A stretch of 64,000 nucleotides of DNA from Podarcis melisellensis. Taxonomy: Eukaryota. A program made the translations under genes and the position numbers. A model generated the notes under the pieces. It made no database searches, was not told where the DNA came from, and saw only the letters and a list, made by a program, of their open reading frames with translations. Where the stretch lies: the NCBI GenBank assembly GCA_964234715.1, contig OZ174276.1; one strand, 5' to 3'. Positions 46,998-58,384 of the stretch are shown in pieces (within the stretch, counting starts at the first letter, position 1; each line of letters starts with the position of its first letter).

Positions 46998-47506
46998 GAT
47001 GAAGAGAAGGAGGGATCTGACGCACCTGCGGGCGCACAGCCTGGCCGAGAGGTTGGGGCCAATCAGCACCCGCAGCACCCCCTTGCCCTCTTGCCCTCCG
47101 GCAGCTACGAGGACGACCCTCAGGCAATCCTAGACGACCACCTCTCCCGAGTGCTGAAGACCCCGGGGTGCCAGTCACCTGGCATGGGCCGGCACAGCCC
47201 TCGCGCACGCTCTCCGGACCGCCTCCCCGGGGGCAAGTTGCTCCTTGCACCGGGCACAGCCTCGATCCCCACAGCCTGCACGCTCATCGGCAAAGGATTT
47301 ATCACAAAGCAGACCACCAACCACGTTCATCACCACTACATCCACCACCACACCATTCCCAAGACGAAAGAGCAGATAGAAGCGGAAGCTGCCCAGCGAG
47401 TCCAGTGTTTATGCGCCGCCGGGGGCAGTGACTATTATTGCTACTCAAAGTGCAAAGGGCACTCCAAGGGGGTGGACCTCCCTATGGCTCAGCTAGAGCC
47501 GTTTGG
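46998..47506 (+). CDS. AXIN2: AXIN2 exon 6 (509 nt): beta-catenin-binding region (EDDPQAILDDHLSRVLKTPGCQSP) and His-rich tract
   Basis: Lies within ORF 46953-47510. Acceptor ccttgaag|GAT, donor GG|gtaagt. Confidence 0.96.
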
Positions 47507-47749
47507 GTAAGTTTCCTCTGGTGGTTGAGCATGGGGAACGGCAGGTGTCAAAAACTTGGCTATAGTGCTGTGACTCACGCCGTGCTCTGTAAACAATGGG
47601 TAGCTGTTGGTAGTTTATGAAATCGCAAAGAGCTGGGGATTACGGGGAAGAGGAGGAGAGCTGGGGTGCTGTGTGTTTCTGGCATAAGCTAGCAGAACGG
47701 CAAACAAGGAGCAATCTTAAGTGCTCTTCTCTTTTCTCTCTCACTGAAG

Positions 47750-47941
47750 CCTCAGCCGAACCGGGACACTACCCAAAAGGAACTGTAAGCTACCAGATGG
47801 CATCATTCTGCCAGGCGGAGAAGGAGGAGGGCTCTCCATACCACCAGGAATCCAGCTACCTGGAGGGGAGGCGGACCGCTCTCAGAATGTCTGGCAGTGG
47901 ATGCTGGAGAGTGAAAGACAATCTAAGCACAAACCCCATAG
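47750..47941 (+). CDS. AXIN2: AXIN2 exon 7 (192 nt, frame-preserving cassette): LSRTGTLPKRN...SQNVWQWMLESERQSKHKPH
   Basis: PolyY tract plus gaag| acceptor, with an alternative in-frame cag| giving a start at 47756. Donor AG|gtaaat. Conserved VWQWMLESERQ. Confidence 0.92.
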
Positions 47942-48262
47942 GTAAATATAAGCTGTCTGCAACACTCTTGCTCCCGGTAAATATTTATCTATTACACAGC
48001 TGTCTATTTTTACAATCACTAAAAACAAATGGAGCTCTTTTGCTCCTCCGGTTTAATATGAAAGCTGTTCTGCGGAACCAGAAAAACCACAAAAATGTCA
48101 TGTTTTTGGCAAGAGCCCCTTTTCATGTTATGACAGACTTTTTCTTTTCTTTCTTTCTTTTTTTGGGAGAGTGAGTGCACAGAACAGAAGCTGCTATTAA
48201 ACTCATATTTTCCAGCTTTTATAACCTTGTTCCTTCCCTCTCCCCTGTCTTCTTCTCTGCAG

Positions 48263-48493
48263 CACACAAAGCACAAAGAAGGCCTACAATTCGGAGTCCA
48301 CCAGAGGCATGCCTGGCGAGCGCCCGGCCCGTCACCACCTCTGGGGGAGCAGCAGCCACCCGCGTGTTGCTCAGCCCGCCCACCCTTTCGTCCAGGATCC
48401 TGCCATGCCCCCGCTGACGCCGCCTAACACTCTGGCCCAGCTGGAGGAAGCTTGCCGCAGGCTAGCGGAAGTGTCCAAGCCACAGAAACAACG
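48263..48493 (+). CDS. AXIN2: AXIN2 exon 8 (231 nt): ...HPFVQDPAMPPLTPPNTLAQLEEACRRLAEVSKPQKQR
   Basis: Acceptor ctctgcag|C, donor CG|gtaacc. Conserved QDPAMPPLTPPNTLAQLEEACRRL. Confidence 0.96.
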
Positions 48494-49318
48494 GTAACCT
48501 TCCTACAGGTTGGGTGCTGGGGTGCCTCTTTACTGCCCTTACTGCAACATAGGTGCAAAAAGGTCTTGCACATGTGAACATTATCTTCAAAAGTTGAATG
48601 TTTTCACTTCCTTATCAGATAGCTGATGGTTTGTGGCAAGAAAATAAAGCAAATTGGGCTATGTTCTTGCAGGCTCGTGTCTGGTGGTCAGTCCTGAGAA
48701 TGAAAGATGGGAAGGATGTGATGCTAATTCATGCGGTTCATTTAGCCCTCTTGGAGGGGTGACTTGGGGCTGAAGCACAGCGGCCACCTCTTTGCCCCCT
48801 CCCCGACCTTAACGCTTTTGTCATTTTGGAAGGCTCTTTCCAGTCCAGTTTGAGCTTCACGCAACCCTTTTTAAGATGGAGAAGAAACAAAACTTCTTAA
48901 CAGCTGTAAAAAAACCCACACAGTAGCTTTATTTGTAAATCCCCTTGCAAGTTAATGCCATTTTAGTTTGGCTGTCTTCATCCTAGTGGAAGTTTATGGC
49001 ACTGCAGGTGATGTGAAGGTCTGGTGGTGCAAAGCCACAAAAGGCCTAGCCATTAAACGGAACATTGCCTTAGAAATTATAATCTCCCGTTCTTATCATA
49101 AACAATTAGAATATTGAACTCTGCCCTTGTTTGTTTTTCTTAAACCTCTTGTGGAAGTGAATCCGGTTACTTGGCCAAAGAGCCTTACTGTCTTTCACTG
49201 GAAAACTCAGGCATAGTTGTAATTGTCTGCCCTGGATATTAGATATACTGGTGGGATTTTGACATCCTTAATCATTCTTCCCTTTCTCTGCTCCCCCTCC
49301 CCGCTTTTCAACCTTTAG

Positions 49319-49414
49319 ATGTTCAGCTTCGAGTCAGCCCAGGGATCGCAACCACTTGACTTCTGTATCAGGAGGAAACAGTCCTTTCTGCAATGCAAGC
49401 GTAGCGGCAGAAGA
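49319..49414 (+). CDS. AXIN2: AXIN2 exon 9 (96 nt): CSASSQPRDRNHLTSVSGGNSPFCNASVAAE
   Basis: Long polyY tract plus tttag|A, donor GA|gtgagt. Maintains phase 2. Confidence 0.92.
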
Positions 49415-50600
49415 GTGAGTGTTGCCATATGCAACATCTAGCTTTGGATATCATTCATTACCTTTCAAAACTTGTGTTTTATCAGTGGGGTGGTGCTTTG
49501 AAAATGTAATCTTTCCGTGGCAGCTAATGCTTGGTCTTTCCTCTTTTGAGGGGGGTGAAAACAGAACAAAACATTTTTTTTTCCAAATCTTGTCTTCTGA
49601 TTTTTTTTATTTTTTTAAAAAAGCTTGCATTCCTGTAAAGTGGACAAAGATTGGATTAGTCTAATTACAGGATAGTTCCTTTTAACAAGAAATCTGCTAC
49701 AGTCTAAATAATTAAAGTTTTCTTTCTTACGCTCTTCATCTTAAGCAATGAGCAATGTTTGAAGTCCAGGCTAAGCCACCTGACTGTAGCCTTTCATTTT
49801 TAATTGGTTGACCTTAAGTCCACCAGCTGTCTGTGCGAGTAGCTTTTTTTCTCTTCCTGAAGCCACTCTACAAAGACTTGGAACAAATTAGGAAGAGTAA
49901 ATTACTGTGGAGTAACACTTTGTGACCTTTTGACATGCCAAGTCAATGTTGCCTCAGAAGTTGCCTGCATGGCATTCAAAGCGGCGTTGCTATTCTGCTG
50001 AGTAACTGAGTTGTTTGTTATTCCCTAAGAGGGTCGATCTTCCTTGGGAGTCCCAAGGTGTGCGGAGAGCTTAGCTATCTGCTGCTCTTGCCATTGGCTC
50101 CACAACATCATGGCTCCAAAAATCTGCTTGACTGTAACTGCACCACAGAATCTGGTGCAACAGGCAGATCTCTTACCTGGACACAGCAGTTTTTAATATG
50201 CATGTGTTGGTACACATAATGAGCAGCTTTCTAATTCACATCAGTGTAGAAGAAAGTGTTTGCCTTGACACGGAAGTGAATTGGAAACCTCTGCTCATGT
50301 GAAGCTTTGGATTTATTTTATTTATTTAGTAAGAGATTGCTATACCATCCTTCTCTCTCTCTCACACACACAAGTCGCAGGGCAACTTACAAAAGATAAG
50401 GCAATAAAAAAAAAATAAGCAAAAAGATTTTTTAAAATGTATAACTTAATTTAACCATGTATAACTTAATTGACAGCATCATAAAAATGGCTTAACCATT
50501 CCACCTCTAAAAGCTTGACAGAAAGAGTGAGTTCTTATCTGCTGTCTAAAACAATATAAAGTTGAGAGGTCATTCCGCAGATATGGGGCCACCACCAAAA

Positions 50601-50639
<39 letters not shown>

Positions 50640-52537
50640 CAAGATTGTATTCCACATTGTTGTAGAGGCTTGGAAATCAAGTTAGTTTCCAGAAGGATAA
50701 CCATGTTAGTCTGTTGCATTAAAAACAAGGAGATCATTGATAAAATGCAACAAATTGGTAAAATGCAGTTCAAAACACATAGATGAAGGCTTAAAAATCT
50801 AACCACTGCTGAAAGAAAGTCCAGAAATTCAGCATGGAAAAATACAGAAGCTTCACAGGCAACTAGTTTCAGAAGATGTTCTCCATCAATTTATATTACT
50901 ATAAATCCATGGAGAATAACACTGCAGTTTCTTAGTTGGTTCTGACTGAGTTTAATTCTTCATCCACAATACCTGAATGACCACCTTTCCCCATATGATT
51001 TGGCCCAGATCCTGCGCTCATAATCCTGGACCCCTTCATAAGAGGTCCAGAAGGCACCATCGCATATCTTTAGGTGCAAGGCAAAAAAATTTCCTCTGCA
51101 GCCAGGCCTTTGGTCTTTAACTATCTATGGCCTTTTAGAAGTGGGCAAGATGTTTTTAATGTATTTCTTTTTTCTTTTGGCTCTAACATATCTATGTGGG
51201 TTCATTGCCTGCATGTTTGGTTGTAAATTGCTTTGGGTTGCCTTGGGCAACCGCCAAATTTAAATAGCAGCAACAACAGCAACTCCTTCTGAGAAGGTTA
51301 CAGAGTGCTGGGAACAATAGTGGAAAGTTTCCTCAAGGGCTATCTTTTCTCAGAATTCACCTGTATACCGTTTAGTTCCTAAGAAGTCTTACACAGTCCT
51401 GAGAGCTCAGTAATTCAGCTAAGCTCCCCAAAGGAACAAACACTCTAGTTGTCTATGGCAAAGTGAACCTGGCTGAGAAGTGGCTAGAAAGCACCTCAGC
51501 CAGACTCCATGTAGTTGAACTGAACCATTGCATACATGGGGAGGGCTAAAGCTCCAGTGCTCAACTTCCCCCATTTGGCCTATTCTGTTGGTGTCTGGAA
51601 ATGGACAGCAGGGTTGTGGTTGCTTTTAGGTTGATAAAGGAATGACTTGACTTGACCAAGCTCATACAACATATAAACAACAAATTAGAGGTGGGAATGA
51701 GACTGACATTGTGCTCCAAGGAGCGTTGCCATGTGGACCAAATTGACTTGAGCCTATAAAGCAGGGATGAGACACCTGTGGGCCTCTGGATATTTCTGGA
51801 CCACATTTCTCATCATCCCTGCCCATTGGCCATGATGGCTGGAGCAGATGGGTATCGGCGTATGGAGGATGACAGGCAATATCAGAAGGTGGGGTAGGGC
51901 AATGGCACTCACCTGACCCCTGGCTGCCTCTGTTGTTGCTGCATATTGGAACAGAAAGGGGGAGGTTGGCAAGGCGCAAAAGCACTGGTGTGAGTAGCAG
52001 GTTAGTTCCACTGGTGCGTTTGCACTGCACCAGCCTCACTTCTACCTTGCTCCCTCTCCATCCCTGTATGCAACGGCTACATGGGCATTAGCAGGTTAGG
52101 CGAGTGCCCGCCCCCCACGCTGCCATCCACTATAGGCCACAGGTTCTACAACCCCAACTGTAAATCTTTAGGCCACAAAACATGTTCAGTGGCTAGTTTG
52201 AGATTTTTACATGGGTTTCAGGTTGGCAATTAAAGCTTGTGCATTTCCGGGTTCAAACCTCCACAAAGTATGCTGGTTTTGCCCCTTGGCTTTAATGCTC
52301 TGTGTTTAAATGCAAACCCCATTCCTCTAACCATCCACTGGTAATGTTTATCAGGCATGGAGACTTTCGGAGTTTGGTGTACTAATAGATATCAAGTGTA
52401 TGCATTTATTTTACTATCCAGCTAATATAGGTGGTTAGGTGACTATATATGCTCCTCATGAAGTTGTGCTCTCTGACTATGGCATAAATGCTTTCTAAAT
52501 AATGTCTATTTCTTTCCTCCCTTCTTTTATGTTTCAG

Positions 52538-52705
52538 TCACAAAGAACCAAAGAAACTCCCTGTTGCTCACTCTTCCCAGCCTAGTGAGTTGGTTGTCAC
52601 TTATTTTTTCTGTGGAGAGGAAATTCCCTATAGGAGGATGTTAAAGGCCCAGAGCCTGACACTTGGGCACTTTAAAGAGCAGCTGAGCAAGAAGGGAAAT
52701 TATAG
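52538..52705 (+). CDS. AXIN2: AXIN2 exon 10 (168 nt): DIX domain N-half (ELVVTYFFCGEEIPYRRMLKAQSLTLGHFKEQLSKKGNY)
   Basis: Acceptor tttcag|T, donor AG|gtaagc. Confidence 0.98.
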
Positions 52706-54867
52706 GTAAGCATATTTGTGGTTTCTTTCTTCTTCTTCTTCTTCCCTTGTGTTTGCAGAGACCGTGTGCCAAAATAACCAAAGAGATATTTCTAAGCATC
52801 CTCCCACAAGGAAAGGCTTTTGATGGTTGGCTGCAACTTTGTTCACTAGTCTGTCTGAGTTTCTGCTGTCCTCTTTGTATTTACCCACCAAACCAATAGT
52901 AGTTAAGAGGTGGATTGGTTGCTCCAGCAACCAGACTAGGCCTCACCTATATAGATAGACTATATAACGATGTTGTCAGCGCAGTTTCCTTTCACAAGTG
53001 GATGAGCCACAGTCTAGCGTAATAGGTATTCATTCATTCTGAGTTCATTCCCTGGCTATTGCTGCTGCCTTAGAAGTGCTTCTGGTTTTGTTTGTAACAA
53101 GTAATTTGATTTCCCTGCAATCGATTTCTCTGTAGCTAATTATTCCCTCTTTGCAGTTTGCAAAATGTAAATAATCAGCTTCAGAGTAATCAGCTGCTGA
53201 CGGGAGTAATGTTTATTGCGCATGTAAGTGCTTCCTACGAGATCACAGCTATGTGTCTCTATTTGCAAGGGAGGTGATAGCGTCTGAAGTGTGTTCTTCC
53301 TTTGGTTAGGTGATTCTGGGGTTTGTTTTGCACAAGGCTATGTAAGCAACTAAGCCTTAAATCAAAGTCCTGCTTGCCCATGGAAACAGACTAAAATGAT
53401 AAACCCTAATTTGTGACTAGAAATAAGCCACTTTGATTTATTGTACTTGGTACGCTATTTGCTGAAGGTATAGGGCACAAACCGTGTGAGGAGAGGTGTA
53501 GGTTTCACAGAATGTACTGCAAACTAGATGCTACGAAATCAATATTGTAGTATTGAGTGAAGATTTTAGATCCTGAGGTACATATCCATCTCTTGGACAG
53601 TACATAGGATCAACCGGACATGCAGCTCACATTTCCTCTGTTGGCACGTCCTGTGTAAATACCCAATGTGTGAATGTGCCTTTAGTGAGATACGCCTTAA
53701 GTTGAGATTCCTGCATTGTAAGGGATTGGACTAGATGACCCTTGGGATCCCTTCCAGCTCTACAGTTTTATTGTATGATTCTATGTGCATTTGGAATTTG
53801 TGTTGCCAAATGTCCCTTAGTCAGGCAAACCCACTGCTCACATTATACCCACTTCTCACATTAGCCAAGGTGTGAATGTCTGTAGCTGGCAGGACTGCGA
53901 CAGTGGGAAATGTATGAGCATCAGTGGAGGGGCTCAAAACCCAGATTGAAAGCTGTGGATTCATTCTACCGCAGGACCATATAATTACGCACATAGCTAT
54001 TGTTTTCCTCCCTACCCTTTGTTACTCTTAACCTCCTGATCCTCTGTGTCTTCTCCACTCAGAGTTGCCCTGGTGCACTTGAGTTTTTGCCAAAAGCTCA
54101 CAACATGCCATTGGTTCCTTTGGAAAACTTACTGCTTTAAAGCAGGGGTAGGGGGTCTTGTTCTGCTCCAGACATTGTTGGACCATCACCAACCATCAGC
54201 CCCAGCCAGCATGCCCAATGGTCAGGGGTGATAGGGGTGCAGTCCAGCAGCATTTGGAGAGCCACCCCTGCCTTGATGTGTTTTCTGTGTTATGAAGACA
54301 TGCCCTGCCTATGTATTAAGGTCCTCATTGGAAGCTGTCCATCTGCCATCAGAGGAGAGGCAGGAAGCAATCCAGGATAGGGCCTTTTGCTGTTACTGCC
54401 TGAGGAATGTGTGCTCTAGGGAGGCTTGCCTGGCAACCAACTCTGTCTTTATCCTTTTGCCCTGCTTTTTTCTTTTTATTCCTCCAGGTTTTCAGCACAT
54501 TGTAGCTTTACTCTGATGTTTTTTATCTGGCTTCTGTAGCCATTTGTTGGTTATCACTCTGGGTTGTTTGTGGTGTTTTTTTTAAATCACTCTGAATCGC
54601 TTTGAATCTGGTGCCCATACCAGATGGAAAGCAGAATATAAACGTGTGAAATCACAGCATATAAAGTCCATCCCTACGGGGCAGCACATATGCTACCAAA
54701 GTGGTGTGTTTGCTGATGGGAATGCAAACTAAAACTCTCCAAGGGGCAACCAGCATGTGGCAGGCAGTATCCATGTGGTTTGAGCTGCCAGTGCTTTTCT
54801 TCCTTGCTTCCTCAGACTGAAAATGACAGATTTCCCTGTATGGACAGCTGTTGTGCAAGTGCATGCA

Positions 54868-55008
54868 TAGCTCAGTTGGTTTGAGCGTGGTGCTGATAAT
54901 GCCAAGGTTGCAGGTTCGGTCCCCGTAAAGGACAGTCTGCGTATTCCTGCATTGGCAGGATTGGACCAGATGATCCTCAGGGTCCCTTCCAACTCTACAA
55001 TTCTATGA
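54868..55008 (+). mobile_element. tRNA-Ile-derived SINE with CR1-type tail
   Basis: Same head and tail as 22680-22820. Confidence 0.85.
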
Positions 55009-55169
55009 AGTGGTGGCTGAACACACCAAGGAGAAGTTATTGTTCATTTTGGGTACCTGGTAGCATTGGGAATCACAGGTGGGGAGAATGTTGCTTCACT
55101 CAGGCCCTGCTTGTGGGCTTCCTACAGGCATCTGGTTGGCTACCGTGAGAGCAGAATGATGGCCTAGAT

Positions 55170-55357
55170 CAGGGGTTGTCAACCTGGTCCCTACAACCCA
55201 CTAGTGGGCTTCTCAGGATTCTAGGTTGGCGGTGGGGGGGGGTTCTATGGTACAAGCTGAATCCTCCTTCCATCGAGCACTGGTGGGCGGTAAGGAAATT
55301 TTACCATCAAGAAAGATGCATTAGTGGGCAGTAGGTATAAAAAGGCTGACTACCCCT
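55170..55357. mobile_element. hAT (Charlie/Buster-like) MITE
   Basis: TIR CAGGGGTTGTCAACCT / AGGCTGACTACCCCTG. TSD GCCTAGAT at 55162-55169 and 55728-55735, displaced by the SINE. Confidence 0.85.
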
Positions 55358-55364
55358 GGCCTAT

Positions 55365-55719
55365 GGGACGCGGGTGGCGCTGTGCATTAAACCACAGGGC
55401 CTAGGGCTTGCCAATCAGAAGGTTGGCAGTTCGAATCCCCGTGATGGGGTGAGCTCCCATTGCTCGGTCTCTACTCCTGCCAACCTAGTAGTTTGAAAGC
55501 ACGTCAAAGTGCAAGTAGATAAATAGGTACCACTCCGGTGGGAAGGTAAACGGCATTTCTGTGCACTGCTCTGGTTTGCCAGAAGCGGCTTATTCATGCT
55601 GGCCACATGACCCAGAAGCTGTACGCCAGCTCCCTCAGCCAATAAAGTGAGATGAGCGCCGCAACCCCAGAGTCGGTCACGACTGGACCTAATGGTCAGG
55701 GGTCCCTTTACCTTTACCT
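55365..55719 (+). mobile_element. Sauria SINE, full length
   Basis: Head GGGACGCGGGTGGCGCTGTG, (ACCTTT)n tail. 13-bp TSD TACCCCTGGCCTA at 55351-55363 and 55720-55732. Confidence 0.92.
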
Positions 55720-56256
55720 TACCCCTGGCCTAGATGGTACATTCAGCTGATCAAGCAGAGCTCTCATGTAAACTTGATTGTAGAACTCAATGAACATAGG
55801 CCCTTTTTTCACTGTGATGTCCAGTCCGCTGATGCCAGTTTTACGGAATGGATCTATGCTCCCCACCACCAATCTGAGTGTAGGCTTTTCGTAAATTGCC
55901 TTAATATGTTTTCATGATGAGCATAGAGGAAAGCATAGTAGGGCCTGCATCTCTTGTACATAGCAAACATAGGCCCAGATTTAACTAATCTGGTGTGCTA
56001 GTGGATGCCGGCTCAAGGGCTCCTGCTAGCACAGCGGGGCTTCCCCCTCCCCTCCAAATCCAGGGTTTGAAATTAGCAGGGCGTCGGGCGCATTTTGTGC
56101 CTAAAGATTCTCCATTTGCGAGCACCTCAAAAATTCTTAAGTGCCATATTTCACGCCTGGAAGACACTCAAGGATTGCTGAAATGTATGTGCTTTGAAGC
56201 CTCGGAGTATATGTTAAGGATAGACAATATGTTAAGGAGTATAACAATAAAGAGTA

Positions 56257-56495
56257 CAGCGGTACCTTGGGTTAAGTACTTAATTCGTTCTGGAGGTCCG
56301 TTCTTAACCTGAAACTGTTCTTAACCTGAAGCACCACTTTAGCTAATGGGGCCTCCTGCTGCTGCGCTGCCAGAGCACGATTTCTGTTCTCACCCTGAAG
56401 CAAAGTTCTTAACCTGAGGTACTATTTCTGGGTTAGCGGAGTCTGTAACCTGAAGCATATGTAACCTGAAGTGTATGTAACCCAAGGTACCACTG
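56257..56495. mobile_element. Tc1/mariner-type MITE, same family (uninterrupted copy)
   Basis: TA-CAGCGGTACCTTGGGTTA ... TAACCCAAGGTACCACTG-TA. Confidence 0.9.
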
Positions 56496-57194
56496 TAGAG
56501 TGTTTTGAAAACCGAAGTACGGTACCAATATTTTTTGTTGTAAACACAAAATTAAAACATGTATTCATAATTTATGCTAAGAAGGTGATATTAACAATGT
56601 GTCACTTATGTGAATTGCGTATTAACGCATGCTTATCAGAATGATTAAAAAAATGTTGTCGACCGCCTGGGGCAACTAGACATTCTGTTTTGGCACCCAC
56701 AGGTCAGGTTCTAGAAGCCATTTGGCTCCTAGCTTTTCTACCCCAGTTTCTAACACTGTTCAAATCTGCTCCCCATCCCGTCCCAAGCACAAAAAAATTC
56801 AGGACCACACTCTAAGGGAAACCTAGATTTCTGTTTGCATACCATGTCTCTGTGGCATACACTGCCATGAATGGAGTGGAGACATGGGTCTGAAAACATA
56901 TAGTGGAGATGCAAAAGTCCCAGGGGCAGGGAATGAAAAATTCTATTTTAACCCCCCCCCCCGTGTTTTTCCTCATTTCCCTTCAATTAATTTTTTTTTA
57001 AAAAAAATAGGGATCGTGAAACACTTTCTTTTACAATGATGAACAAAATGTTTAAGACAAGGTGTTCATCTATTCACTCCCCCTCCCAAATGATTTCTAA
57101 AAGTGTGCAACAGGAAAACCTTTATGTAAGACTATGTACAGTATCCCATCGTTACAATTCCTGTGTTAAGTCCTCATCTGTCAACTGCGAGTGC

Positions 57195-57341
57195 CAGTGG
57201 CGTAGCGTGGGGGGTGCAGGGGGGGCCGGCCGCACCGGGCACAACATCTGGGGGTTAGGGTTAGGGGGCGCAAATCCATGGGTTAGGGGACGCAAATTAC
57301 TTGCCTTGCCCCGGGTGCTGACAACCCACGCTACGTCACTG
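57195..57341. mobile_element. hAT-type MITE with internal TTAGGG repeats (copy 2)
   Basis: Same TIR with one mismatch. 8-bp TSD GCGAGTGC at 57187-57194 and 57342-57349. Confidence 0.92.
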
Positions 57342-57936
57342 GCGAGTGCAACTCTCACCTACAAGAGCAAGATGCATCTCTGTCTCTTGGAAGGCACTCC
57401 CATTGTCACAAGAGAAGGAAGAAGGTTCTGAGGCCTCTTTTGATCATGGCCTTCCTCTTGTTGGAGTAGTTGGAAGCGGGAGAAAGTAGAGAGCGACAAA
57501 ATTTTGTTGCCGTTCAGTTCACACTGCTTGGGGAGGGACACACCCCAAAACACCTTAATAAATTCAATTGTTAATTATTGTCTGGATGAACTGTAACTTT
57601 TAATATACCAGATATGATAATTATATGGTAGACCAATATACATAATGCATAAAGTTACAAAGTGACTTTTGATATGCAAAGTAGTTCATTCCCCATTTAT
57701 CCCCAAATTTCCCTTCTTCCCTGACAAAACCCTCCCTCCTCCAATGACTTCAAAATTTCCAGAATTTTTTAGATCTCTTAAGTAGACACAAAGCCAGGGG
57801 CCTTGAATTTGCTTACTGTGTATTTTATGGAAGTCAGTGATGGGAAAATCAGCACCGGATCATTCTGATAACCTCTGAAGAACTCCTAGAATGAAACTGA
57901 TGATGCTTAGCTGAGGTTGTTACCTTTCCTATAGGA

Positions 57937-58201
57937 CAGAGGTCAGCAAGGTTTACCTCACCTGGGCCGGTTCACTCCAGTGGAGATCCCTTCATGGGCT
58001 GGATCATGTGTGCGCACCTGTGATTTCCGCCATCTGCACATGCGCAGACGCGATTTCCGGCGCCATGGAAGCAAGTCCCCGCGCTGCGCTGTGGCGGTTT
58101 AGCGCAGTGCGGGGGGACTCGCTGAGCGAGTGGCTCAGGGGCCGGTTAAACGACCCCCATGGGCCACTTGTGGCCCATGGGCCTTAGGTTGCCGGCCCCT
58201 G
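57937..58201. mobile_element. hAT non-autonomous element, CpG-rich and probably young
   Basis: Ends CAGAGGTCAGCAA / TTGCCGGCCCCTG. TSD CTATAGGA at 57929-57936 and 58202-58209. Confidence 0.87.
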
Positions 58202-58320
58202 CTATAGGATCGCGCTGTAACTGTGGTTAGAGCATTTTAAAGTGACAGATAACTTTGGGCTTATTATTTCTTTGACTTTTGTACGCAGTGTGTACAAAAG
58301 GAGCTGAGGCCAAAGACCAG

Positions 58321-58384
<64 letters not shown>

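Noticed and set aside
47617-48174. 185-aa ORF spanning exon 7
   Set aside because: It is in a different frame from the conserved Axin2 peptide and crosses both splice sites.
54868-54935. Apparent tRNA-Ile(GAT) gene (likewise 22680 and the Lys-like 38845-38912)
   Set aside because: Acceptor stems are broken and each is fused to a CR1-type tail, so these are SINEs rather than functional tRNAs.
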